Positions 1 through 12,500 of a DNA stretch of 64,000 nucleotides are shown here, in pieces. The stretch covers positions 168,082,001-168,146,000 of the forward strand of contig OZ024742.1 of assembly GCA_964016885.1 (NCBI GenBank), read 5' to 3'. The notes below the pieces were generated by a model. That model saw only the letters and a list, made by a program, of their open reading frames with translations. It was not told the DNA's origin and made no database searches. Origin of the DNA: Eledone cirrhosa (Eukaryota). Every line of letters starts with the position of its first letter. The first letter of the stretch is position 1. Made by a program: the position numbers and the translations under genes.

Positions 1-58
1 AAAATCCATTAAAAAAATCCATTTAAAAAATCCATTAAAAAAAATCCATTAAAAAAAA

Positions 59-105
59 CTCAATCAAAAACCCATAAAAGAAACATTAAAACAGCATTTA
101 AAAAA
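59..105 (+). repeat. Cassette A (47 bp; CTCAATCAAAAACCCATAAAAGAAACATTAAAACAGCATTTAAAAAA), first copy; dozens of copies across the window
   Basis: Near-identical copies start at about 59, 291, 771, 964, 2117, 3881, 10521, 12716, 26468, 31719, 63031 and 63352. Minor variants are a TTCAATC start, CGGC, CAAC and CTCATA. Confidence 0.95.
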
Positions 106-627
106 CCCATTAAAAATTCATTTAAAAAAATCCATTTAAAAAATCCATTAAAAAATCCATTAAAAATCCATTAAAAATCCATTAAAAATCCATTAAAAAT
201 CCATTAAAAAATCCATTTAAAAAAATCCATTAAAAAAATTCATTAAAAAAATCCATTTAAAAAATCCATTAAAAAAATCCATTAAAAAAACTCAATCAAA
301 AACCCATAAAAGAAACATTAAAACAGCATTTAAAAAATCCATTAAAAAAATCCATTTAAAAAAATCCATTAAAAAATCCATTAAAAAATCAAATTAAAAA
401 ATCCATTAAAAAAATCCATTAAAAAATCCATTTAAAAAATCCATTTAAAAAAATCCATTAAAAAAAATCCATTAAAAAAAATCCATTAAAAAAAATCCAT
501 TAAAAAAAAAATCCGTTAAAAAAAATCCATTAAAAACTCAATCAAAAACCCAATTAAAAGGCCATAAAAGAAACATTAAAACAGCATTTAAAATACCATT
601 AAAAACGCCATAAAAAATCATTAAAAT

Positions 628-683
628 TGTTTTTTATGAAATTTATAATATGGCTTTTAATGAACTTTTTAATGGGCTTTTAG
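628..683 (-). repeat. 56-bp inverted satellite-derived insert flanked by the 12-bp direct repeat AATCATTAAAAT (616-627 and 684-695)
   Basis: The reverse complement, CTAAAAGCCCATTAAAAAGTTCATTAAAAGCCATATTATAAATTTCATAAAAAACA, reads as degenerate satellite monomers. Insert starts read by eye: 628, 1976, 2818, 3326, 4807, 6276, 6797, 8917, 15267, 17895, 19385, 19907, 22040, 28855, 31359, 34106, 36610, 37715, 38981, 39503, 41266, 44784, 46050, 46572, 48336, 56684, 59175, 59923, 61688, 63793. Confidence 0.93.
636..683 (+). other. Micro-ORF MKFIIWLLMNFLMGF* (15 aa) inside the inverted insert; coding status unsupported
   Basis: Direct translation of ATG AAA TTT ATA ATA TGG CTT TTA ATG AAC TTT TTA ATG GGC TTT TAG. 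The frame is open in the copies inspected. There is no evidence of expression, and the confidence refers to it being functional. Confidence 0.08.
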
Positions 684-3639
684 AATCATTAAAATCCCAT
701 TAAAAATACATTAAAGGCCCATTAAAAACGCCATAAAAAATCCATGAAAAAAAATCCATTAAAAAAAAATTCAATCAAAAACCCATAAAAGAAACATTAA
801 AACAGCATTTAAAAAACCCATTAAAAATTCATTAAAAAAATCCATTTAAAAAATCCATTAAAAATCCATTAAAAATCCATTAAAAATCCATTAAAAATAC
901 ATTAAAAATCCATTAAAAAAAAATCCATTAAAAAATCCATTTAAAAAAATCCATTAAAAAAAACTCAATCAAAAACCCATAAAAGAAACATTAAAACAGC
1001 ATTTAAAAAATCCATTAAAAAAAATCCATTTAAAAAAATCCATTAAAAAAGCCATTAAAAATCCATTAAAAACCCATTAAAAATCCATTAAAAATCCATT
1101 AAAAATCCATTAAAAATCCATTAAAAATCCATTAAAAAATCCATCTAAAAAAATCCATTAAAAAAATCCATTAAAAAAATTCATTTAAAAAATCCATTAA
1201 AAAAATCCATTTAAAAAATCCATTAATAAAAATCCATTAAAAAAATCCATAAAAAAAATCCATTAAAAAAAATCCATTAAAAAAATCCGTTAAAAAAAAT
1301 CCATTAAAAATCCATTGAAAATCCATTAAAAATCCATTAAAAATCCATTAAAAATCTATTAAAAATCCATTAAAAATCCATTAAAAAATCCATTTAAAAA
1401 AATCCATTAAAAAAATCCATTAAAAAATCCATTTAAAAAATCCATTAAAAAAAATCCATTAGAAAAAAATCCATTAAAAAAAAAATCCATTAAAAAAAAT
1501 CAATTTAAAAAAATCCATTAAAAATCCATTAAAAAAATCCATTAAAAAAAATCCATTAAAAACCCATTAAAAATCCATTAAAAATCCATTAAAAATCCAT
1601 TAAAAAATCCATTTAAAAAACCCATTAAAAAAATCCATTAAAAAAATCCATTTAAAAAATCCATTAAAAAAAATCCATTAAAAAAAACCCATTAAAAAAA
1701 ATCCATTTAAAAAATCCATTTAAAAAATCCATTAAAAAAAATCCATTAAAAAAAATCCATAAAAAAATGCATTAAAAAAATCCATTAAAAAAATCCATTA
1801 AAAAAAATCCATTAAAAATCCATTAAAAAAATCCATTTAAAAAAATCCATTAAAAAAAATCCGTTAAAAAAAATCCATTAAAAACTCAATCAAAAACCCA
1901 ATTAAAAGGCCATAAAAGAAACATTAAAACAGCATTTAAAATACCATTAAAAACGCCATAAAAAATCATTAAAATTCTTTTTTATGAAATTTATAATATG
2001 GCTTTTAATGAACTTTTTAATGGGCTTTTAGAATCATTAAAATCCCATTAAAAATACATTAAAGGCCCATTAAAAACGCCATAAAAAATCCATTAAAAAA
2101 AATCCATTAAAAAAAACTCAATCAAAAACCCATAAAAGAAACATTAAAACAGCATTTAAAAAATCCATTAAAAAAAAATCCATTTAAAAAAATCCATTAA
2201 AAAAGCCATTAAAAATCCATTAAAAATCCATTAAAAATCCATTAAAAATCCATTAAAAATCCATTAAAAATCCATTAAAAATCCATTTAAAAAATCCATT
2301 AAAAAAAATCCATTAAAAAAAATCCATTAAAAAAAGCCATTAAAAAAAATCCATTAAAAAAAAATCCGTTAAAAAAAATTCATTAAAAATCCATTAAAAA
2401 ATCCATTAAAAAAAAATCCATTAAAAATCCATTAAAAAAATCCATTTAAAAAATCCATTAAAAAATCCATTAAAAATCCATTAAAAATCCATTAAAAATC
2501 CATTAAAAAATCCATTAAAAAAACCCATTTAAAAAATCCATTAAAAAAATCCATTTAAAAAATCCATTAAAAAAAATCCATTTAAAAAAACCCATTAAAA
2601 AAAATCCATTAAAAAAATCCATTTAAAAAATCGATTAAAAAAAATCCATTAAAAAAAATCCATAAAAAAAATCCATTAAAAAAAATCCATTAAAAAAAAA
2701 TCCGTTAAAAAAAATCCATTAAAAACTCAATCAAACACCCAATTAAAAGGCCATGAAAGAAACATTAAAACAGCATTTAAAATACCATTAAAAACGCCAT
2801 AAAAAAATCATTAAAATTGTTTTTTATGAAATTTATAATATGGCTTTTAATGAACTTTTTAATGGGCTTTTAGAATCATTAAAATCCCATTAAAAATACA
2901 TTAAAGGCCCATTAAAAACGCCATAAAAAATCCATTAAAAAAAAATTCAATCAAAAACCCATAAAAGAAACATTAAAACAGCATTTAAAAAACCCATTAA
3001 AAATTCATTAAAAAATTCCATTTAAAAAATCCATTAAAAATCCATTAAAAATCCATTAAAAATCCATTAAAAATCCATTAAAAATCCATTAAAAAAAAAT
3101 CCATTAAAAAAATCCATAAAAAAAATCCATTTAAAAAATCCATTAAAAAAAATCCATTAAAAAGATCCATTAAAAAAAAATCCATTAAAAAAAATCCATT
3201 AAAAAAAAAATCCGTTAAAAAAATCCATTAAAAACTCAATCAAAAACCCAATTAAAAGGCCATAAAAGAAACATTAAAACAGCATTTAAAATACCATTAA
3301 AAACGCCATAAAAAATCATTAAAATTCTTTTTTATGAAATTTATAATATGGCTTTTAATGAACTTTTTAATGGGCTTTTAGAATCATTAAAATCCCATTA
3401 AAAATACATTAAAGGCCCATTAAAAACGCCATAAAAAATCCATTAAAAAAAATCCATTAAAAAAAAATTCAATCAAAAACCCATAAAAGAAACATTAAAA
3501 CGGCATTTAAAAAACCCATTAAAAATTCATTAAAAAAATCCATTTAAAAAATCCATTAAAAATCCATTAAAAATCCATTAAAAATCCATTAAAAATCCAT
3601 TAAAAATCCATTAAAAATCCATTAAAAAAAAATCCATTA

Positions 3640-6580
3640 AAAAAATCCATTAAAAAAATCCATTAAAAAAGCCATTAAAAATCCATTAAAAATCCATTAA
3701 AAATCCATTAAAAATCCATTAAAAATCCATTAAAAATCCATTAAAAAATCCATCTAAAAAAATCCATTAAAAAAATCCATTAAAAAATTCATTTAAAAAA
3801 TCCATTAAAAAAATCCATTTAAAAAATCCATTAAAAAAATCCATTTAAAAAATCCATTAAAAAAAATCCATTAAAAAAAACTCAATCAAAAACCCATAAA
3901 AGAAACATAAAAACAGCATTTAAAAAATCCATTAAAAAAAAATCCATTTAAAAAAATCCATTAAAAAAGCCATTAAAAATCCATTAAAAATCCATTAAAA
4001 ATCCATTAAAAATCCATTAAAAATCCATTAAAAATCCATTAAAAATCCATTAAAAAATCCATTAAAAAAATCCATTAAAAAAATCCATTAAAAAAATCCA
4101 TTTAAAAAATCCATTAAAAAAATCCATTTAAAAAATCCATTAAAAAAATCCATTAAAAAAAATCCATTAAAAAAAGCCATTAAAAAAAATCCATTAAAAA
4201 AAAATCCGTTAAAAAAAATTCATTAAAAATCCATTAAAAATCCATTAAAAATCCATTAAAAATTCATTAAAAAATCCATTTAAAAAAATCCATTAAAAAA
4301 ATCCATTAAAAAATCCATTTAAAAATTCCATTAAAAAAAATCCATTAAAAAAAATCCATAAAAAAATCCATTAAAAAAATCCATTAAAAAATCCATTAAA
4401 AAAAAATCCATTAAAAATCCATTAAAAAAATCCATTTAAAAAATCCATTAAAAAATCCATTAAAAATCCATTAAAAATCCATTAAAAATCCATTAAAAAA
4501 TCCATTAAAAAAACCCATTTAAAAAATCCATTAAAAAAATCCATTTAAAAAATCCATTAAAAAAAATCCATTTAAAAAAACCCATTAAAAAAAATCCATT
4601 AAAAAAATCCATTTAAAAAATCCATTAAAAAAAATCCATTAAAAAAAATCCATAAAAAAAATCCATTAAAAAAAATCCATTATAAAAAAATCCGTTAAAA
4701 AAAATCCATTAAAAACTCAATCAAAAACCCAATTAAAAGGCCATAAAAGAAACATTAAAACAGCATTTAAAATACCATTAAAAACGCCATAAAAAATCAT
4801 TAAAATTGTTTTTTATGAAATTTATAATATGGCTTTTAATGAACTTTTTAATGGGCTTTTAGAATCATTAAAATCCCATTAAAAATACATTAAAGGCCCA
4901 TTAAAAACGCCATAAAAAATCCATTAAAAAAAATCCATTAAAAAAAAATTCAATCAAAAACTCATAAAAGAAACATTAAAACAGCATTTAAAAAACCCAT
5001 TAAAAATTCATTAAAAAAATCCATTTAAAAAATCCATTAAAAATCCATTAAAAATCCATTAAAAATCCATTAAAAATCCATTAAAAATCCATTAAAAAAA
5101 AATCCATTAAAAAAATCCATTAAAAAATCCATTAAAAAAGCCATTAAAAATCCATTAAAAATCCATTAAAAATCCATTAAAAATCCATTAAAAATCCATT
5201 AAAAATCCATTAAAAAATCCATCTAAAAAAATCCATTAAAAAAATCCATTAAAAAATTCATTTAAAAAATCCATTAAAAAAATCCATTTAAAAAATCCAT
5301 TAAAAAAATCCATTTAAAAAATCCATTAAAAAAAATCCATTAAAAAAAACTCAATCAAAAACCCATAAAAGAAACATTAAAACAACATTTAAAAAATCCA
5401 TTAAAAAAAAATACATTTAAAAAAATTCATTAAAAAAGCCATTAAAAATCCATTAAAAATCCATTAAAAATCCATTAAAAATCCATTAAAAATCCATTAA
5501 AAATCCATTAAAAATCCATTAAAAAATCCATTAAAAAAATCCATTAAAAAAATCCATTAAAAAAATCCATTTAAAAAATCCATTAAAAAAATCCATTTAA
5601 AAAATCCATTAAAAAAATCCATTAAAAAAAATCCATTAAAAAAAGCCATTAAAAAAAATCCATTAAAAAAAAATCCGTTAAAAAAAATTCATTAAAAATC
5701 CATTAAAAATCCATTAAAAATCCATTAAAAATTCATTAAAAAATCCATTTAAAAAAATCCATTAAAAAAATCCATTAAAAAATCCATTTAAAAATTCCAT
5801 TAAAAAAAATCCATTAAAAAAAATCCATAAAAAAATCCATTAAAAAAATCCATTAAAAAATCCATTAAAAAAAAATCCATTAAAAATCCATTAAAAAAAT
5901 CCATTTAAAAAATCCATTAAAAAATCCATTAAAAATCCATTAAAAATCCATTAAAAATCCATTAAAAAATCCATTAAAAAAACCCATTTAAAAAATCCAT
6001 TAAAAAAATCCATTTAAAAAATCCATTAAAAAAAATCCATTTAAAAAAACCCATTAAAAAAAATCCATTAAAAAAATCCATTTAAAAAATCCATTAAAAA
6101 AAATCCATTAAAAAAAATCCATAAAAAAAATCCATTAAAAAAAATCCATTATAAAAAAATCCGTTAAAAAAAATCCATTAAAAACTCAATCAAAAACCCA
6201 ATTAAAAGTCCATAAAAGAAACATTAAAACAGCATTTAAAATACCATTAAAAACGCCATAAAAAATCATTAAAATTGTTTTTTATGAAATTTATAATATG
6301 GCTTTTAATGAACTTTTTAATGGGCTTTTAGAATCATTAAAATCCCATTAAAAATACATTAAAGGCCCATTAAAAACGCCATAAAAAATCCATTAAAAAA
6401 AATCCATTAAAAAAAAATTCAATCAAAAACTCATAAAAGAAACATTAAAACAGCATTTAAAAAACCCATTAAAAATTCATTAAAAAAATCCATTTAAAAA
6501 ATCCATTAAAATCCATTAAAAATCCATTAAAAATCCATTAAAAATCCATTAAAAATCCATTAAAAAAAAATCCATTAAAA
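3640..6580 (+). repeat. Tandem duplication with period ~1469 bp (boundaries approximate)
   Basis: Markers at offset 1469: CATCT 3751/5220, CATTATAAA 4681/6150, insert 4807/6276, CTCATAAAAG 4961/6430. Confidence 0.85.
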
Positions 6581-9500
6581 AAATCCATTAAAAAAATCCA
6601 TTTAAAAAATCCATTAAAAAAAATCCATTAAAAAAAATCCATTAAAAAAAAATCCATTAAAAAAAATCCATTAAAAAAAAATCCGTTAAAAAAATCCATT
6701 AAAAACTCAATCAAAAACCCAATTAAAAGGCCATAAAAGAAACATTAAAACAGCATTTAAAATACCATTAAAAACGCCATAAAAAATCATTAAAATTGTT
6801 TTTTATGAAATTTATAATATGGCTTTTAATGAACTTTTTAATGGGCTTTTAGAATCATTAAAATCCCATTAAAAATACATTAAAGGCCCATTAAAAACGC
6901 CATAAAAAATCCATTAAAAAAATCCATTAAAAAAAAATTCAATCAAAAACCCATAAAAGAAACATTAAAACGGCATTTAAAAAACCCATTAAAAATTCAT
7001 TAAAAAAATCCATTTAAAAAATCCATTAAAAATCCATTAAAAATCCATTAAAAATCCATTAAAAATCCATTAAAAATCCATTTAAAAAAAATCCATTAAA
7101 AAAATCCATTAAAAAATCCATTTAAAAAATCCATTAAAAAAAATCCATTAAAAAAAACTCAATCAAAAACCCATAAAAGAAACATTAAAACAGCATTTAA
7201 AAAATCCATTAAAAAAAATCCATTTAAAAAAATCCCTTAAAAAAGCCATTAAAAATCCATTAAAAATCCATTAAAAATCCATTAAAAATCCATTAAAAAT
7301 CCATTAAAAATCCATTAAAAATCCATTAAAAATCCATTAAAAAATCCATCTAAAAAAATCCATTAAAAAAATCCATTAAAAAAATTCATTTAAAAAATCC
7401 ATTAAAAAAATCCATTTAAAAAATCCATTAAAATAAATCCATTAAAAAAAATCCATAAAAAAAATCCATTAAAAAAAATCCATTAAAAAAAATCCGTTAA
7501 AAAAAATCTATTAAAAATCCATTAAAAATCCATTAAACATCCATTAAAAATCCATTAAAAATCCATTAAAAATCCATTAAAAATCCATTAAAAAATCCAT
7601 TTAAAAAAATCCATTAAAAAAATCCATTAAAAAAATACATTTAAAAAATCCATTAAAAAAAATCCATTAAAAAAAAATCCATTAAAAAAAAAATCCATTA
7701 AAAAAAATCCATTAAAAATCCATTAAAAAATCCATTAAAAAAAATCCATTAAAAACCCATTAAAAATCCATTAAAAATCCATTAAAAAATCCATTTAAAA
7801 AACCCATTAAAAAAATCCATTAAAAAAATCCATTTAAAAAATCCATTAAAAAAATCCATTTAAAAAAATCCATTAAAAAAGTCCATTTAAAAAATCCATT
7901 AAAAAAATCCATTAAAAAAAATCCTTAAAAAAATCCATTAAAAAAATCCATTAAAAAAATCCATTAAAAAAATCCATTAAAAAAAATCCATTTAAAAAAT
8001 CCATTTAAAAAATCCATTAAAAAAATCCATTAAAAAAATCCTTAAAATCCATTAAAAAAATCCATTAAAAAAATCCATTAAAAAAATCCATTAAAAATCC
8101 AAAAAAATCCATTTAAAAAAATCCATTAAAAATCCATTAAAAACCCATTAATAATCCATTAAAAATCCATTAAAAATCCATTAAAAAATCCATTTAAAAA
8201 ACCCATTAAAAAAATCCATTAAAAAAAATCCATTAAAAAAATCCATTAAAAAAAATCCATTTAAAAAAACCCATTAAAAAAATCCATTAAAAAAATCCAT
8301 TTAAAAAATCCATTAAAAAATCCATTAAAAAAAAATCCATAAAAAAAATCCATTAAAAAAAATCCATTAAAAACTCAATCAAAAACCCAATTAAAAGGCC
8401 ATAAAAGAAACATTAAAACAGCATTTAAAATACCATTAAAAACGCCATAAAAAATCATTAAAATCCCATTAAAAATACATTAAACACGCCATAAAAAATC
8501 CATTAAAAAAAACTCAATCAAAAACCCATAAAAGAAACATTAAAACATTAAAACCCATTAAAAATTCATTAAAAAAATCCATTTAAAAAATCCATTAAAA
8601 ATCCATTAAAAATTCATTAAAAAATCCATTTAAAAAATCCATTAAAAAAATCCATTTAAAAAATCCATTAAAAAAAATCCATTTAAAAAAACCCATTAAA
8701 AAAATCCATTAAAAAAATCCATTTAAAAAATCCATTAAAAAAAATCCATTAAAAAAAATCCATAAAAAAAATCCATTAAAAAAAATCCATTAAAAAAAAA
8801 TCCGTTAAAAAAAATCCATTAAAAACTCAATCAAAAACCCAATTTAAAGGCCATAAAAGAAACATTAAAACAGCATTTAAAATACCATTAAAAACGCCAT
8901 AAAAAATCATTAAAATTGTTTTTTATGAAATTTATAATATGGCTTTTAATGAACTTTTTAATGGGCTTTTAGAATCATTAAAATCCCATTAAAAATACAT
9001 TAAAGGCCCATTATAAACGCCATAAAAAATCCATTAAAAAAAATCCATTAAAAAAAAATTCAATCAAAAACCCATAAAAGAAACATTAAAACAGCATTTA
9101 AAAAACCCATTAAAAATTCATTTAAAAAATCCATTTAAAAAATCCATTAAAAATCCATTAAAAATCCATTAAAAATCCATTAAAAATCCATTAAAAATCC
9201 ATTAAAAAAAAATCCATTAAAAAAATCCATTAAAAAATCCATTTAAAAAATCCATTAAAAAAATCCATTAAATAAAACTCAATCAAAAACCCATAAAAGA
9301 AACATTAAAACAACATTTAAAAAATCCATTAAAAAAAAATCCATTTAAAAAAATCCATTAAAAAAGCCATTAAAAATCCATTAAAAATCCATTAAAAATC
9401 CATTAAAAATCCATTAAAAATCCATTAAAAATCCATTAAAAATCCATTAAAAAATCCATTAAAAAATCCATTAAAAAAATCCATTAAAAAAATCCATTTA

Positions 9501-12500
9501 AAAAATCCATTAAAAAAATCCATTTAAAAAATCCATTAAAAAAAATCCATTAAAAAAAATCCATTAAAAAAAGCCATTAAAAAAAATCCATTAAAAAAAA
9601 ATCCGTTAAAAAAATTCATTAAAAATCCATTAAAAATCCATTAAAAATCCATTAAAAATCCATTAAAAATCCATTAAAAATCCATTAAAAATCCATTAAA
9701 AATCCATTAAAAAATCCATTTAAAAAAATCCATTAAAAAAATCCATTAAAAAAATCCATTTAAAAAATCCATTAAAAAAAATCCATTAAAAAAAAATCCA
9801 TAAAAAAAAAATCCATTAAAAAAAATCAATTTAAAAAAATCCATTAAAAATCCATTAAAAAAATCCATTTAAAAAAAATCCATTAAAAACCCATTAAAAA
9901 TCCATTAAAAATCCATTAAAAATCCATTAAAAAATCCATTTAAAAAACCCATTAAAAAAAATCCATTAAAAAAATCCATTTAAAAAAATCCATTAAAAAA
10001 AATCCATTAAAAAAAACCCATTAAAAAAAATCCATTAAAAAAATCCATTTGAAAAATCCATTAAAAAAATCCATTAAAAAAATCCTTAAAAAAATCCATT
10101 AAAAAAATCCATTAAAAAAATCCATTAAAAAAATCCATTAAAAAAATCCATTAAAAATCCATTAAAAAAATCCATTTAAAAAAATCCATTAAAAATCCAT
10201 TAAAAACCCATTAAAAATCCATTAAAAATCCATTTAAAAAACCCATTAAAAAAATCCATTAAAAAAAATCCATTTAAAAAATCCATTAAAAGCTCAATCA
10301 AAAACCCATTAAAAACGCCATAAAAATGATTAAAATCCCATTAAAGATACATTAAAGGCCCATTAAAAACGCCATAAAAAATCCATTAAAAAAATCCATT
10401 AAAAAAAACTCAATCAAAAATCCATAAAAGAAACATTAAAACAGCATTTAAAAAATCCATTAAAAATCCATTAAAAAAATCCATTTAAAAAACCCATTAA
10501 AAAAAATCCATAAAAAAAAAACTCAATCAAAAACCCATAAAAGAAACATTAAAACAGCATTTAAAAAATCCATTAAAAAAATCCATTAAAAAAAATCCAT
10601 TAAAAAATCCATTAAAAATCCATTAAAAATCCATTAAAAATCCATTAAAAATCCATTAAAAAATCCATTTAAAAAAATCCATTAAAAAAATCCATTAAAA
10701 AAATCCATTTAAAAAATCCATTAAAAAAAAATCCATTAAAAAAAAATCCATTCAAAAAAAAATCCATTAAAAAAAATCAATTTAAAAAAATCCATTAAAA
10801 ATCCATTAAAAAAATCCATTTTAAAAAATCCATTAAAAACCCATTAAAAATCCATTACAAATCCATTAAAAAATCCATTTAAAAAACCCATTAAAAAAAT
10901 CCATTAAAAAAAATCCATTTAAAAAATGCATTAAAAAAATCCATTAAAAAAAAACCCATTAAAAAAAATCCATTAAAAAAAATCCATTAAAAAATCCATT
11001 AAAAACCCATTAAAAATCCATTAAAAATCCATAAAAAATCCATTTAAAAAATCCATTAAAAAAATCCATTTAAAAAAATCCATTAAAAACCCAGTAAAAA
11101 TCCATTAAAAATCCATTAAAAATCCATTAAAAAACCATTAAAAATCCATTAAAAAATCCATTTAAAAAAATCCATTAAAAATCCATTAAAAATCCATTAA
11201 AAATCCATTAAAAATCCATTTAAAAAACCCATTAAAAAATCCATTAAAAAAAACCCATTAAAAAAAATCCATTAAAAAAATCCATTTAAAAAATCCATTA
11301 AAAAAAATCCATTAAAAAAAATCCATTAAAAAATCCATTAAAAACCCATTAAAAATCCATTAAAAATCCATTCAAAATCCATTAAAAATCCATTAAAAAA
11401 TCCAATAAAAAAAAATTCAATCAAAAACCCATAAAAGAAACATTAAAACAGCATTTAAAAAACCCATTAAAAATTCATTAAAAAAATCCATTTAAAAAAT
11501 CCATTAAAAATCCATTAAAAATCCATTAAAAATCCATTAAAAATCCATTAAAAATCCATTAAAAATCCATTTAAAAAAATCCATTTAAAAAATCCATCAA
11601 AAAAAATCCATTAAAAAAAACTCAATCAAAAACCCATAAAAGAAACATTAAAACAGCATTTAAAAAATCCATTTAAAAAAATCCATTAAAAATCCATTAA
11701 AAATCCATTAAAAATCCATTAAAAATCCATTAAAAATCCATTAAAAAATCCATTAAAAATCCATTAAAAAAATACATTAAAAAAAATCCATTAAAAACCC
11801 ATTAAAAATCCATTAAAAATCCATTAAAAAATCCATTTAAAAAAACCCATTAAAAAAAACCATTTAAAAAATCCATTTAAAAAAATCCATTAAAAAAAAC
11901 CCATTAAAAAAAATCCATTAAAAAAATCCATTTAAAAAATCCATTAAAAAAAAATCCATTAAAAAAAATCCATAAAAAAATCCATTAAAAAAATCCATTA
12001 AAAAAAAATCCATTAAAAAAAATCCATTAAAAATCCATTAAAAAAATCCATTAAAAAAAATCCATTAAAAAATCCATTAAAAACCCATTAAAAATCCATT
12101 AAAAATCCATTAAAAATCAATTAAAAAATCCATTTAAAAAACCCATTAAAAAAATCCATTAAAAAAATCCATTTAAAAATCCATTAAAAAAAATCCATTT
12201 AAAAAAACCCATTAAAAAAAATCCATTAAAAAAATCCATTTAAAAAATCCATAAAAAAAAATCCATAAAAAAAATCCATTAAAAAAAATCCATTAAAAAA
12301 AAATCCGTTAAAAAAAATCCATTAAAAATCCATTAAAAATCCATTAAAAATCCATTAAAAATCCATTAAAAATCCATTTAAAAAAATCCATTAAAAAAAT
12401 CCATTAAATAAATCCATTTAAAAAATCCATTAAAAAAAATCCATTAAAAAAAAATCCATTAAAAAAAATCCATTAAAAAAATCAATTTAAAAAAATCCAT

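Larger units (their letters stand above)
537..740 (+). repeat. Cassette B, long form (204 bp, contains the 56-bp inverted insert), first of 30 copies
   Basis: Sequence is CTCAATC...CCCAATTAAAAGGCCATAAAAGAAAC...TACCATTAAAAACGCCATAAAAAATCATTAAAAT-[insert]-AATCATTAAAATCCCATT...GGCCCATTAAAAACGCCATAAAAAA. It is almost always preceded by a TCCGTT monomer and followed by cassette A. Confidence 0.95.

Noticed and set aside
627-650. Promoter in the insert (TTGTTT...TATAAT on +, TATAAAT on - at 641-647)
   Set aside because: The two + strand hexamers are 11 bp apart rather than about 17, and TATA-like heptamers are expected by chance in DNA this AT-rich. No other support.
628-683. MITE or SINE
   Set aside because: It has no terminal inverted repeats or Pol III A/B boxes, is itself inverted satellite, and always sits at the same site in the same cassette.
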